DNA of 64,000 bases. It comes from Gallionellaceae bacterium. Lineage in GTDB: Bacteria > Pseudomonadota > Gammaproteobacteria > Burkholderiales > Gallionellaceae. The stretch spans positions 26,536 through 90,535 of the forward strand of contig WSYA01000001.1 of assembly GCA_009773615.1 (NCBI GenBank). Direction: 5' to 3'. How positions within the stretch are numbered: position 1 is the first letter of the stretch; every line of letters starts with the position of its first letter. The translations under genes and the position numbers were made by a program. Below, piece after piece: positions 1 through 10,029 of this stretch. The notes under the pieces are model-generated. The model did no database searches, had not been told where the DNA came from, and saw nothing but the letters and a program-made list of their open reading frames with translations.

Positions 1-1395
1 GACCGGCTTGCGCGCCGGGATCGAACCCATTGCTGCGCCGCGCTCGCGCAGGTATTTCATCTCCTGGCTGTCTTCGGTGGGACGCACGAACGGCAGATGC
101 TGCAACTGCTCATCGGTCACAGGAATATTGAAGCGGTCGCGGAATTTGCGCAGCGCATCCTCGCCCATTTTTTTCTGCTGGTGCGACGGATTCTGCGCTT
201 CGCCCGCTTCGCCCATGCCGTAACCCTTCACCGTCTTGGCGAGGATCACGGTCGGTTGGCCCTTGTGTTTGTTGGCTGCCGCGTAGGCTGCAAACACCTT
301 GTGCGGATCGTGGCCGCCGCGATTTAGACGCCACACTTCATCGTCCGACATGTCGGCGACCAGCGCCAACAGTTCGGGATATTTGCCGAAGAAATGCTGG
401 CGCACATACGCGCCGTCGCGGGATTTGTAGGTCTGGTATTCGCCGTCAACCACTTCTTCCATGCGCTTGAGCAGCAAGCCGGTTTTGTCTTTTGCCAGCA
501 GACGATCCCACTTGCCGCCCCAGATGACTTTGATGACGTTCCAGCCCGCGCCACGGAACACACCTTCCAGTTCCTGAATGATCTTGCCGTTGCCGCGCAC
601 CGGGCCGTCCAGACGTTGCAGGTTGCAGTTGATCACGAAGACCAGATTGTCGAGCTTCTCGCGTCCGGCCATGGAAACAGCACCCAGCGATTCCGGCTCG
701 TCGGTCTCGCCGTCGCCCAAGAATGCCCACACCTTGCGGCCATCGGTCTGCGCGAGTTCGCGGTGTTGCAGATAGCGCATGAAACGCGCCTGATAAATCG
801 CCATCAACGGGCCTAAACCCATCGACACGGTGGGGAACTGCCAGAAGTCCGGCATCAGCCAGGGGTGCGGATAAGAGGACAAGCCGCCCCCGTCAACTTC
901 TTGGCGGAATTTGTAGAGCTGTTCTTCGGAGAGGCGGCCTTCGATATAGGCGCGGGCATACATGCCGGGCGAAGAGTGGCCTTGGAAATACACTAGATCG
1001 CCGCCGTGAGTGTCGGTCTTGCCGTGGAAAAAATGGTTAAATCCCACATCATATAAAGTCGCCGCCGATGCAAAGCTGGCGATGTGTCCACCCAGCTCGG
1101 AAGACTCCTTGTTGGCGTTCATCACGATGGCCATCGCGTTCCAGCGCATCAGCGCGCGGATGCGGTGTTCCAGTTCCATGTTGCCGGTGGAACGCTCTTC
1201 CTTGTCCAGTGGGATGGTGTTGAGGTAGGCCGTGGTAGCGCTGATAGGCATATCGTCGCCAGCACGACGCGCTTGGTCGATCAGCTGGCTGATGAGGAAG
1301 TGCGCGCGGTCAGCGCCTTCGTTATTCAGTACGGAATCGAGCGCGTCCAGCCACTCTTGCGTTTCTTGCGGATCGTAATCGGGTAAATTGGCCAT
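1..1395 (-). CDS. aceE: Pyruvate dehydrogenase E1 component, N-terminal 465 codons (gene continues past the window start)
   Basis: Open minus-strand frame running off the window edge, so it is absent from the ORF track. My translation from the ATG at 1395 reads MANLPDYDPQETQEWLDALDSV...GGHIASFASAATLYDVGFNHFF...GDGETDEPESLGA, which is typical of E1p. Confidence 0.85.
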   Translation of the reverse strand, partial: MANLPDYDPQETQEWLDALDSVLNNEGADRAHFLISQLIDQARRAGDDMPISATTAYLNTIPLDKEERSTGNMELEHRIRALMRWNAMAIVMNANKESSELGGHIASFASAATLYDVGFNHFFHGKTDTHGGDLVYFQGHSSPGMYARAYIEGRLSEEQLYKFRQEVDGGGLSSYPHPWLMPDFWQFPTVSMGLGPLMAIYQARFMRYLQHRELAQTDGRKVWAFLGDGETDEPESLGAVSMAGREKLDNLVFVINCNLQRLDGPVRGNGKIIQELEGVFRGAGWNVIKVIWGGKWDRLLAKDKTGLLLKRMEEVVDGEYQTYKSRDGAYVRQHFFGKYPELLALVADMSDDEVWRLNRGGHDPHKVFAAYAAANKHKGQPTVILAKTVKGYGMGEAGEAQNPSHQQKKMGEDALRKFRDRFNIPVTDEQLQHLPFVRPTEDSQEMKYLRERGAAMGSIPARKPV

Positions 1396-1444
1396 CGTTC
1401 TCTCTACTCTCTATCGATAAAATTATTCGGTTATCTCGGCGTGT

Positions 1445-2035
1445 TTATGTGGCACACCGGATCGTTTCTTGTTCTGTTACCAACCACTGCATCTTGCGGT
1501 CGGTGGCTTCCAGTGGAATATCCTCAACCATCTGTAAAGCAAAAGCCGCAGCAACCAAGACTGGCTGATGTGGCAGCCGCGCGAGCAGCTTGTCATAGAA
1601 CCCGCCGCCATATCCCAGCCGCGCCCCATCGCGCCCGAATGCCACACCCGGCAGCAAAATAAAATCTATGGAGGCTAGCTCGTCCACCTCGGTGCAACGC
1701 TCGACGAGCGGCTCGGGTATGCCCCATAAGCCCGGCGCAACGTCGCACGCCAGATCGGTGATGAAGTACACATCCAGTTGTTTCGTGTCCCGGTTCACCT
1801 TGGGCAGCAACACTCGTTTGCCGTCGCGCAGCGCCTGCCGCACAAAAATCTCCGCCGCAAATTCCGCGCCGAAATTCATATAGGTCAACACTGTTGAGGC
1901 CGTGCGATAGGCTTCCAGTTTGAAAAGACGGGCCGCGATCTGATCGCATAAACGCGCCCGTTCCGTCTCCCCCATATTCGAGCGGGCGGCGATTATACTT
2001 TGCCTGAGGCTTTGCTTCCTAGCTTGAATGCTCAT
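1445..2035 (-). CDS. 5-formyltetrahydrofolate cyclo-ligase
   Basis: ORF 1445..2059. The internal ATG at 2035 forms an ATGA overlap with the upstream stop. Motifs ILLPGVAFGRDGARLGYGGGFYD are characteristic of this family. Confidence 0.8.
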   Translation of the reverse strand: MSIQARKQSLRQSIIAARSNMGETERARLCDQIAARLFKLEAYRTASTVLTYMNFGAEFAAEIFVRQALRDGKRVLLPKVNRDTKQLDVYFITDLACDVAPGLWGIPEPLVERCTEVDELASIDFILLPGVAFGRDGARLGYGGGFYDKLLARLPHQPVLVAAAFALQMVEDIPLEATDRKMQWLVTEQETIRCAT

Positions 2036-2337
2036 TGCTGCGCCGCCTTTCTCGCCCAAAGCGACAAACGTTCGCTATCTTCCAGAATATCGGCAGGAAC
2101 TTCGCGGTAATTCTGCAAAACTTGTTTTTTCGAAGGTGCAAAAACAGCGGCGTGATGTTCCATATATTCAGCGAGAGTGTCGGGATGGGTTTTGAGATAC
2201 AGCCGGCTGTCATACACGATGCCGAAAAATGCTTCGCCGGAATATAAGCCGTAACCGCCGAACATGTGCTTGCAGCGCAGTTCGGGGAGGGCTGCGAGTT
2301 GTTCGAGGACGAAATCACGGAAGGAATCCGCGCTCAC
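2032..2337 (-). CDS. TfoX N-terminal domain protein
   Basis: 101 aa. KHMFGGYGLYSGEAFFGIVYDSRLYLK matches the TfoX_N signature. Confidence 0.6.
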   Translation of the reverse strand: MSADSFRDFVLEQLAALPELRCKHMFGGYGLYSGEAFFGIVYDSRLYLKTHPDTLAEYMEHHAAVFAPSKKQVLQNYREVPADILEDSERLSLWARKAAQQ

Positions 2338-2343
2338 AACGGC

Positions 2344-3861
2344 TTACCCTAAAAACAACTTGTACGCCGGATTGTTGCTCTCATCCCAATACGGATAACC
2401 CAGCGTATCGAGAAAATTCTTCAGCGCTTTTTTATCCTGATGCGGCACTTGCATTCCCACCAGCACGCGGCCGTAGTCCGCGCCGTGGTTGCGGTAGTGA
2501 AACAGGGAAATGTTCCAGTTGTGGTTCATGCTGTTGAGGAAATTCATCAACGCGCCGGGGCGCTCGGGGAACTCGAAGCGGAACATGATTTCGTCACGGG
2601 CTTCCGGTGCGCGTCCGCCGACGAGGTGGCGCAGGTGCAGCTTGGCCATTTCGTTGTCGGTGAGGTCGAGCGTGCGCAGCTTGTGTTTTTCCAGCGTGAT
2701 GAGCAGTTTTTCGGTTTCCGACGGGTCGCGTACTTGCACGCCGAGGAAAACTTGCGCTTCGGTCGGGTCGGCGTAGCGGTAGTTGAATTCGGTGATGTTG
2801 CGGTTGCCGAGCAGGGCGCAGAATTTGCGGAAGCTGCCTGGCGTTTCGGGAATGGTCACGGCCAGAATGGCCTCGCGCTTCTCGCCGATTTCGGCGCGTT
2901 CGGCGACGAAACGCAGGCGGTCGAAGTTCATGTTTGCGCCGCAGGCGATAGGGATGAGGGTCTGGTCTTTGAGCTTTTCGCGCTTGGCATACAGCTTGGC
3001 TCCGGCCACGGCGAGCGCGCCCGCCGGTTCGAGGATGGAGCGCGTGTCCTGAAACACGTCCTTGATCGCGGCGCACACGGCATCGGTGTCCACCAGAATC
3101 ACTTCATCGACATATTTTTGGCACACGCGGAAGGTCTCTTCGCCGACCAGCTTGACGGCGGTGCCGTCGGAGAACAGGCCGACATCGCTGAGCGTGACGC
3201 GCTTCTTCGCTTTGAGCGAGCGGTACATCGCATCGGAGTCGGTAGTCTGCACGCCGATGATTTTGATGTCGGGGCGCACTTGTTTGACGTAAGCCGCCAC
3301 GCCGGAGATCAGCCCGCCGCCGCCGATGGCGCAAAAGATGGCGTGAATGGGAGCCTGATGCTGGCGCAGGATTTCCATCGCGACGGTGCCTTGTCCGGCG
3401 ATGACATCGGGGTCGTCGAACGGGTGCACGAAGGTGAGGTTGTTTTGTTTGCCCAGTGCCAGCGCGAAATCGTAGGCATCGTTGTAGCTGTTGCCATGTA
3501 ACACAATTTCCACTGAACGCTTGCCGAAATGGCGAACTGCGTCGATCTTGACATGCGGCGTGGTGGTGGGCATCACGATGGTGGCCTTGCAGCCGAGGCG
3601 GTGCGCGCTGAGCGCCACGCCCTGCGCATGGTTGCCCGCCGAGGCGGCGATGACACCGCGTTTAAGCTGTTCCGGCGTGAGTTGCGCCATTTTGTTGTAG
3701 GCGCCACGCAGCTTGAACGAGAACACGGGCTGCATGTCTTCGCGTTTGAACAACACGTTATTGCCGATGCGGGCGGACAGGGTGGGGGCGTGCTCCAGCG
3801 GGCTTTCGATGGCCACGTCGTACACGCGGGCGGTGAGGATGCGCTTCAGATAACTTTGCAT
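2344..3861 (-). CDS. ilvA: Biosynthetic threonine dehydratase
   Basis: ORF 2344..3921; likely start is MQSYLKRIL at 3861. It has the PLP-fold motif FKLRGAYN and two C-terminal ACT-like regulatory repeats. Confidence 0.9.
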   Translation of the reverse strand: MQSYLKRILTARVYDVAIESPLEHAPTLSARIGNNVLFKREDMQPVFSFKLRGAYNKMAQLTPEQLKRGVIAASAGNHAQGVALSAHRLGCKATIVMPTTTPHVKIDAVRHFGKRSVEIVLHGNSYNDAYDFALALGKQNNLTFVHPFDDPDVIAGQGTVAMEILRQHQAPIHAIFCAIGGGGLISGVAAYVKQVRPDIKIIGVQTTDSDAMYRSLKAKKRVTLSDVGLFSDGTAVKLVGEETFRVCQKYVDEVILVDTDAVCAAIKDVFQDTRSILEPAGALAVAGAKLYAKREKLKDQTLIPIACGANMNFDRLRFVAERAEIGEKREAILAVTIPETPGSFRKFCALLGNRNITEFNYRYADPTEAQVFLGVQVRDPSETEKLLITLEKHKLRTLDLTDNEMAKLHLRHLVGGRAPEARDEIMFRFEFPERPGALMNFLNSMNHNWNISLFHYRNHGADYGRVLVGMQVPHQDKKALKNFLDTLGYPYWDESNNPAYKLFLG

Positions 3862-3950
3862 GGTGTGTGGTGGGCGTGGAAATTTGCGCGCAAGATTAGC
3901 AGGAATGGGGCGCAATCCCAAAATGTTTTGCGGTTAAAGCGGTGCGGGCT

Positions 3951-5252
3951 TCAGGATTCGAAAAAATGCACCCGGTTGCGCCCGCCCTCTTTGGCTTGGT
4001 ACATCGCCATGTCCGCCCACTTGATGAGGTCGTTTTCGCTGTTTTCGTGGTTGATGAACATAACCACGCCTATGCTCGATGTGCAGCGGTGTTCGACTAT
4101 GGACGGCTCCGTTTCGCCCTCATGCATGACGCTCAGTAGATAGGGTTCGGCCAGAATAGAACGGATCTTTTCGGCCACCACCCCGGCCTGAAAGCGGGAT
4201 GACTCTTTGTCGGCAGTCAATTCGTTCAGCATCACGATGAACTCGTCGCCGCCGAAACGCGCCACGGTGTCCTGCTCGCGCACGCAGTTGCTGATGCGGC
4301 GTGCCACTTCTATCAGCAGCAGATCGCCGACATGATGGCCGTGCGTATCATTGAGCGGCTTGAAATTGTCGAGATCGATAAACATCAGTGCGGCATAACG
4401 CCCGCTGCGCTTGCTGGCCGATCTGACCTGCCCCAAACGGTCGAGCAGCAGGCGGCGGTTGGGCAACCTGGTCAGTGTGTCGTAAAAGGCCAGATTGCGG
4501 ATTTTCCCCTCCTGCCGGCTGAGCGCATCCAGCATCCGGTCCAAATGCCGCGCGAGTACGCCGATTTCGTCTTCGCGCCCGACATCCGAGCGCAACTCCG
4601 CCTGCCCGTGTTCTACTTCGGCTGCGACATGCATCAGATGATTGAGGCCGCGCGTGAGTCTGTGTGCCAGCGCCAGCGCGACTGCCGATACCGTCAATAC
4701 GGCAAACAGCACGAATTCAAGCCACGCCTCGGTGAGATTGGCGAGGTTTTGATTCGCCGAGTCGCGCGACATTTCGACGCGCACCCATCCCAGATGGCGG
4801 CCGCTGGACAAGATAGGGTGCGCGACGGCAAGCTGATTTTTTTGATTTATCAGGATCACGGTATTTCTGGTCGTTGAGGCCAGCATGTTGCGGCTTATCG
4901 CGTCGGTCACAAAAAATCCCGCCTCGGCGGCGTTGGTCGATGCCAGCACTTCTCCGCGCATGTTCAGAAAATAGGCGCGTTGCAGGTCCGGTGTCTTGGC
5001 AAATCCCTGCACCAATTCCTGCAATCCGACCAAGTCGTTGGCCAGTGTCCACGAAGTGCCGCTGATGGTAAGCGCAAGTGCCAGCGAGGTAGCGCGCTCC
5101 TCCGAGGATCGGTACAGCGCGTCGCGTTGTTGTTCGAGCACCAGATAGCCGAATCCCAGCATCAATGCGAGCGAAGCCAGCGCGAAACCGAGGATTAGTT
5201 GTCTTCGTATGGAAACTCGCCACAGCAAGCTGATGTATCGCCCCGGTTTCAT
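3951..5252 (-). CDS. Membrane sensor diguanylate cyclase (two TM segments flanking a periplasmic domain, HAMP-like linker, GGDEF)
   Basis: 433 aa. Contains YDTLTRLPNRRLL and the RFGGDEF active-site motif, with hydrophobic segments near aa 20-40 and 175-197. Confidence 0.85.
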   Translation of the reverse strand: MKPGRYISLLWRVSIRRQLILGFALASLALMLGFGYLVLEQQRDALYRSSEERATSLALALTISGTSWTLANDLVGLQELVQGFAKTPDLQRAYFLNMRGEVLASTNAAEAGFFVTDAISRNMLASTTRNTVILINQKNQLAVAHPILSSGRHLGWVRVEMSRDSANQNLANLTEAWLEFVLFAVLTVSAVALALAHRLTRGLNHLMHVAAEVEHGQAELRSDVGREDEIGVLARHLDRMLDALSRQEGKIRNLAFYDTLTRLPNRRLLLDRLGQVRSASKRSGRYAALMFIDLDNFKPLNDTHGHHVGDLLLIEVARRISNCVREQDTVARFGGDEFIVMLNELTADKESSRFQAGVVAEKIRSILAEPYLLSVMHEGETEPSIVEHRCTSSIGVVMFINHENSENDLIKWADMAMYQAKEGGRNRVHFFES

Positions 5253-5262
5253 AGCATGCCTT

Positions 5263-6156
5263 TCAATATTCGATGTGACGCACGGTCTCGGAAAAAACCT
5301 TCAGGTATTCCTGAACCGGCTGGTATACCTTATCCGTAGCCGCTTCGAATTTGGATATCGGCAGACGCGCGAGCATCTTGCGACCCTCCGCGCTGCTGTT
5401 CAGGCCAAACAACAGCGCGGCGAATTTTGCGGTTAGCTCTGCGGGCACGTCCTTGCGCACCACCCAGCTGTTGTTGGGTAGCGTTCCCGTCTGCCATTTG
5501 ATCTCGAGTTGGTTGGCCATATCTGGATGCTCTTGCGTGAAGGTTATCCAAGGAACGGGCCAAGTCGCGCCCGCCGCTGTATGGCCGCGTAGCACGTTCA
5601 TGATTGCGGACTCCTGCGAGCCGACGTACAGATTTTCAATATCGCGATTGATGTCGATGCCGTGCGTGTGCAGATAGTATTGCGGCATGATGGTCGCAGC
5701 CAGTGCCGAGGGAGCGGGGTAAGCGACCTTTTTGCCTTTGAGATCGCCCACCTTGCTGATGCCGCTATCCTTGCGCACGAGAATGATGCCGCGAAAATTT
5801 TCGTCGTCCCCCATCTTGCCGAACACGCGGTAGCCGTATTTGAGCGAGCGCACCGTCTGGTAGGGGTTGGGCATGGCGAAATCGAAATGGCCGCTGTAGA
5901 GTTTTTTGTCGAACTCTTCGTAGTTGCGCGAGGCTTCCAGTTTCAGACGTGTTCCCGGAATGCCTGCTTCAATGTAGCTTACGATGGGGTCATATACCTC
6001 GAATAAACGTTTGGGATTGTGTAGGGGATGGATGCCGACCACATACTCCTTTACGTTATCCGTTGCCTGTCCGCTGAAACTGGGCTGGAGGTTTTCCTCC
6101 TGTTTTCCGCATCCGGCCAGCAGTAAAATTACCAGTACCAAGCTCAGTCGTTGCAT
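5263..6156 (-). CDS. PhnD-like (phosphate/phosphonate type) ABC substrate-binding lipoprotein
   Basis: ORF 5263..6210; likely start is MQRLSLVLVILLLAGCG (lipobox) at 6156. The fold-level resemblance to PhnD-type binding proteins is a recollection and has not been searched. Confidence 0.65.
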   Translation of the reverse strand: MQRLSLVLVILLLAGCGKQEENLQPSFSGQATDNVKEYVVGIHPLHNPKRLFEVYDPIVSYIEAGIPGTRLKLEASRNYEEFDKKLYSGHFDFAMPNPYQTVRSLKYGYRVFGKMGDDENFRGIILVRKDSGISKVGDLKGKKVAYPAPSALAATIMPQYYLHTHGIDINRDIENLYVGSQESAIMNVLRGHTAAGATWPVPWITFTQEHPDMANQLEIKWQTGTLPNNSWVVRKDVPAELTAKFAALLFGLNSSAEGRKMLARLPISKFEAATDKVYQPVQEYLKVFSETVRHIEY

Positions 6157-6324
6157 CGCGATCTCCCTTGCCGTTCTTGAATCTGCATTTGGCCTGCTTT
6201 CAACGGGCATGCTACTCCTGTGTAGACTGTCACTTCAAGCGAAGGTTTTGCAGGCAAGGTTTCTTAATTCATAAATTCCTGCAATAATCGAAGCACGAAA
6301 CAATATTACTGAATTGGATTGAAC

Positions 6325-6990
6325 ATGGCAATGTCGCAAGATGATTTGAAACGCGCAGTGGCTCAGGCCGCTATTGCATATGTGCCGGCCGACTGCATCG
6401 TTGGCGTGGGTACCGGCTCGACGGCGAATTTTTTCATTGATGAGCTGGCCAAGATCAAACATAAGCTGCGTGGCGCGGTGGCTTCTTCCGAAGCTTCTGC
6501 CAAACGTTTGCAGGGACACGGCATCGAGGTAATTTCGCTGAATGACGCGGGCGAGTTGCCGGTGTACGTGGATGGCGCAGATGAAGTGACGCGTCATTTG
6601 CATATGATGAAAGGCGGCGGGGGTGCGCTAACGCGCGAAAAGATCGTGGCAGCAGCCAGCAAAAAATTTGTGTGCGTGTGCGATGCCAGCAAGCTGGTGG
6701 ATGTGATGGGAAAATTCCCGCTGCCGATCGAGGTGATTCCCATGGCGCGCAGCTATGTGGCGCGCGAAGTGGTCAAGCTGGGCGGACATCCGCAGTTGCG
6801 CGAAGGCTTTATCACGGACAACGGCAACATCATTCTGGATGTGCACGGGCTGCAAATTTTGAACCCGGTCGAGTTGGAGACGGCGTTGAACCATTTGCCC
6901 GGGGTGGTGACTAACGGTCTGTTCGCGCGGCGCGGTGCGGATGTGCTGCTGCTGGGCACGCCGGATGGCGTACAGACGATTATGCTGTAA
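6325..6990 (+). CDS. rpiA: Ribose-5-phosphate isomerase A
   Basis: [16 protein letters not shown] and [12 protein letters not shown] motifs. The first ATG in the ORF, which opens at a TTG at 6319, is at 6325. Confidence 0.9.
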   Translation: MAMSQDDLKRAVAQAAIAYVPADCIVGVGTGSTANFFIDELAKIKHKLRGAVASSEASAKRLQGHGIEVISLNDAGELPVYVDGADEVTRHLHMMKGGGGALTREKIVAAASKKFVCVCDASKLVDVMGKFPLPIEVIPMARSYVAREVVKLGGHPQLREGFITDNGNIILDVHGLQILNPVELETALNHLPGVVTNGLFARRGADVLLLGTPDGVQTIML

Positions 6991-7072
6991 TTTCTGGTCG
7001 ATGTAATAAAAGATTCATGGCGTATCGGTAGCATAATCTCCCCGATAGTCAAAACATCATTAAGGAACAGCC

Positions 7073-7780
7073 ATGGTTAATACCGAACATACCTCCAAAC
7101 AGTTTGACGCCGAGCTCGAAGCGGTGCGGGCTCGCGTGTTGCAGATGGGTGGTTTGGTGGAAAGCCAGATTCGCTTGGCGATAGAGTCGCTTATTTCCGG
7201 TGATGTGGAGTTGATGAACCGGGTTATCGAAGACGACCACCGCGTTAACGCTATGGAAGTCGAAATTGACGAGAGCTGCAACCATATTCTTGTGCGCCGC
7301 CAGCCTGCGGCGGGCGATCTACGCATGATTATGACGGTGATCAAGACCATCACCGACCTTGAACGCATCGGCGACGAAGCCGAAAAGATTGCGCGTATGG
7401 CCAAGCTGTTGTCGCAAAAAGAGCGCTTGCGCCATCCGCGTTACCATCAGATCAAGCATGCTTCGGATATTGCGCTCGATATGCTGCGCAAGTCGCTGGA
7501 CTCCTTTGCGCGCCTCGATCTGAGCGCAGCTGCGCAGGTGGTACGTCAGGACGAACAGGTGGACGAAGAATTCCGCTCCATCATGCGTTATCTCATCACC
7601 TTTATGATGGAAGATCCGCGCACTATCTCCACTTCGCTGGAAATATTGTTCGTGGCCAAAGCCATCGAACGTATAGGCGACCACGCCAAAAACATGTGCG
7701 AATATGTCGTCTACATGGTCAAGGGGCGAGATGTGCGTCACGTGACGGTGGAAGAATTCGAGCGCGAAGTCGGGGCATAG
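7073..7780 (+). CDS. phoU: Phosphate signalling complex protein PhoU
   Basis: 235 aa with the duplicated E(R)IGD motif (DLERIGDEAEKIA and AIERIGDHAKNM). Confidence 0.9.
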   Translation: MVNTEHTSKQFDAELEAVRARVLQMGGLVESQIRLAIESLISGDVELMNRVIEDDHRVNAMEVEIDESCNHILVRRQPAAGDLRMIMTVIKTITDLERIGDEAEKIARMAKLLSQKERLRHPRYHQIKHASDIALDMLRKSLDSFARLDLSAAAQVVRQDEQVDEEFRSIMRYLITFMMEDPRTISTSLEILFVAKAIERIGDHAKNMCEYVVYMVKGRDVRHVTVEEFEREVGA

Positions 7781-7788
7781 GGGGAGTA

Positions 7789-9276
7789 GTGCCGCAGCAA
7801 TCCACACTCGCAGCGGTTGACCTCGGTTCAAACAGCTTTCGTTTGCAAGTCGCTCGTGTAGACAACGAGCAAATCTACTTGTTGGACGGCCTGCGCGAGC
7901 CAGTGCGTCTCGCCGCAGGCCTCACCGAAAACAAACTCCTCGATAAAGAATCCCAGCATCGCGCCTTGGCGTGTTTGCAGCGCTTCGGCGAGCGCTTGCG
8001 CGGCTTGCCGCGCGAAGCGGTGCGTGCGGTGGGGACGAATTCTTTGCGCGTAGCCAAGAATGCGCCGGATTTTTTGCCCCAAGCGGAAGCGGCGTTGGGC
8101 TTTCCCATCGAGGTGATCGCGGGACGCGAAGAGGCGCGCCTCATCTATCTCGGTGTGGCACACGGGCTGCCGCATGCGGGCGGCAAGCGTCTGGTGATGG
8201 ACATCGGTGGCGGTTCGACGGAGTTCATCATCGGCAACGGGCTTGAACCGATCAGGCTGGAGAGTTTGTACATGGGCTGCGTGAGCTACAGCCTGCGTTT
8301 TTTCCCCGACGGCAAAATCACCAAAAGCAATCTCAAACAGGCCGAGCTCGCCGCGCGCAGCGAATTGCAGACCATCGTGAGCGCTTATCGCGAGACGGGC
8401 TGGAGTGTCGCGCTGGGTTCGTCCGGCAGCGCGCGCGTGCTGTGCGATATTCTCGAACTAAACGGTTACAGCAAAGCGGGTATCACTCGCGACGGGCTGG
8501 AACAATTGCGTGCCGAATTGATCCGCGTAGGTGACGTGCGCAAGCTCGAATTGCAGGGCTTGAAATCGGATCGTATCGCGGTGCTGCCTGGCGGTTTTGC
8601 CATCATGTGCGCCGCACTGAGCGAGTTGGGTATCGAGCAGATGTTGCCAGCCCTGGGCGCGCTACGCGAGGGCGTGCTGTACGACCTGCTCGGGCGTTTT
8701 CACAATCACGATATGCGCGATGTCACCGTGCAGCAATTCATGCGCCGCTATCATGTGGATAGGCGTCAGGCCGAGCGCGTCGCGCAGCTATCCGGTACTT
8801 TTGCACAGCAGTTCCTGGAAGGTCAGTCGAACGAAGCGGCGCTGGGCCTGCTAGGTTGGGCGGCACGTTTGCATGAGATCGGCATCAGCGTCGCGCACAG
8901 CGGTTTTCACAAACACACTTCTTATATTTTGAAAAACGCCGATATGCCCGGCTTCTCCAAAAAAGAGCAGGAGCGCCTGAGCCTTTTAACACTCGCGCAA
9001 CGCGGCAATCTGGACAAAATGCGCGGACAACTATTCACCACCTTCACTACCGAAGATATTTCATTGGCGATGGCACTGCGCCTCGCCACCGTGTTTTACC
9101 GAAACCGCAGCGATGTGCAATTGCCCGCGATGCAGGGACGTTTCAGCGGCACCAAATTTCATCTCGCCCTGCAAGCGGGCTGGCGTGCGCAAAATCCGCT
9201 TACCGATACCGCGCTACAGGAAGAGGCCAGGCAATGGCGCGAATGGGGTGTGAGCTTGCAAGTGGTAGAAGGATAG
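7789..9276 (+). CDS. ppx: Exopolyphosphatase (Ppx/GppA family)
   Basis: AAVDLGSNSFRL and DIGGGSTEF motifs. The in-frame GTG at 7789, just after the phoU stop, is preferred over the upstream extension to 7696. Confidence 0.85.
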   Translation: MPQQSTLAAVDLGSNSFRLQVARVDNEQIYLLDGLREPVRLAAGLTENKLLDKESQHRALACLQRFGERLRGLPREAVRAVGTNSLRVAKNAPDFLPQAEAALGFPIEVIAGREEARLIYLGVAHGLPHAGGKRLVMDIGGGSTEFIIGNGLEPIRLESLYMGCVSYSLRFFPDGKITKSNLKQAELAARSELQTIVSAYRETGWSVALGSSGSARVLCDILELNGYSKAGITRDGLEQLRAELIRVGDVRKLELQGLKSDRIAVLPGGFAIMCAALSELGIEQMLPALGALREGVLYDLLGRFHNHDMRDVTVQQFMRRYHVDRRQAERVAQLSGTFAQQFLEGQSNEAALGLLGWAARLHEIGISVAHSGFHKHTSYILKNADMPGFSKKEQERLSLLTLAQRGNLDKMRGQLFTTFTTEDISLAMALRLATVFYRNRSDVQLPAMQGRFSGTKFHLALQAGWRAQNPLTDTALQEEARQWREWGVSLQVVEG

Positions 9277-9406
9277 TCACAGTCTCACATCTACGGTGAG
9301 TGTTAGCTTGGAGCGAGCCTTGCCACAAAGCTATCCGTATCGCCAGCAAGCGGGCACCGACAATTCGTTGCCGTTCAATTTCCTAATCTGGGTTAAACTC
9401 CGCGCC

Positions 9407-9754
9407 GAAGCTGGCTAGACAGTCGCCGCGTCCGCAAGGGCGGGGAGGAAAGTCCGGGCTCCGCAGAGCAAGATGCCGGTTAATGGCCGGACGCCGTGAG
9501 GCGATGGAAAGTGCCACAGAAAATACACCGCCTAAGTTCTTTCGGGAAACGGTAAGGTTGAAATGGCGAGGTAAGAGCTCACCGCGCTGATGGCAACATC
9601 AGTGGCAGGGTAAACCCCATCTGGAGCAAGACCAAATAAGCAGGCTATGACGTTGCTCGCGTCGTCTGCGGGTAGGTTGCTTGAGCGTCAGGTAACGAAA
9701 CGCCTAGAGGAATGACTGTCCACGACAGAACCCGGCTTACCGGCTGGCTTCACC
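9407..9754 (+). ncRNA. rnpB: RNase P RNA, bacterial type A
   Basis: GAAGCTGGCTAGACAGTCGCC...GGAGGAAAGTCCGGGCTCC...ACAGAAAA...GGTAAGGTTGAAA...GGTAAACCCCA...GACTGTCCACGACAGAACCCGGCTTACCGGCTGGCTTCACC is nearly colinear with E. coli M1 RNA. The P1 helix closes between 9407-9416 and 9743-9752. Confidence 0.93.
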
Positions 9755-9944
9755 CCTTTTCTTGCCGGACTTTCAGTTTGTTGAGTACCCCCTCTGCTAG
9801 TATCAATTTCTTAAAATATCTAGACCCTTCATAACAAACAACTTTAGCTTGCTTGCGCAATCTATTGCTTTTTAAGTATATTTATTTCATCTTAACTAAT
9901 CGCTCTAACTCATTGTCCCGTAACGAAAAATCCTGTTTTTTGGC

Positions 9945-9973
9945 TTGACCACGCTTATATTTTTCAATATAGT
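9945..9973 (+). promoter_or_regulatory. Sigma70-type promoter of the dcw cluster (Pmra-like)
   Basis: TTGACC (9945-9950), 17-nt spacer, TATAGT (9968-9973), located 57 nt upstream of the mraZ ATG. Confidence 0.6.
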
Positions 9974-10005
9974 GGCGCAGAGTGGTGAAAAGTGGGTTTT
10001 TGTGG
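9972..10005 (+). promoter_or_regulatory. Four GTGG(N) direct repeats at exact 10-bp spacing; putative MraZ operator
   Basis: GTGG occurs at 9972, 9982, 9992 and 10002, overlapping and following the -10 box. E. coli MraZ binds GTGGG-type direct repeats with 5-nt spacers at the equivalent position. Confidence 0.6.
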
Positions 10006-10029
10006 GTAAACCGATTCGGGGCTGGATGA

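Noticed and set aside
1396-2343. Expected 6S RNA (ssrS) upstream of the 5-formyltetrahydrofolate cyclo-ligase gene, as in E. coli.
   Set aside because: The cyclo-ligase gene overlaps the tfoX-like gene, which in turn abuts ilvA, so there is no intergenic space for a roughly 180-nt RNA. No 6S-like structure was seen.
6218-6233. Pho-box-like CTGTGTAGACTGTCAC in the region between the PhnD-like gene and rpiA.
   Set aside because: The two CTGT half-sites are 9 bp apart instead of the 11 bp of PhoB boxes, and the orientation and distance relative to the binding-protein gene start are not convincing.
9277-9406. Possible small RNA or ORF between ppx and rnpB.
   Set aside because: Only weak 5-bp hairpins and a plausible rnpB promoter region (TTCAAT...TAAACT) are present. 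Nothing is supportable as a separate feature.
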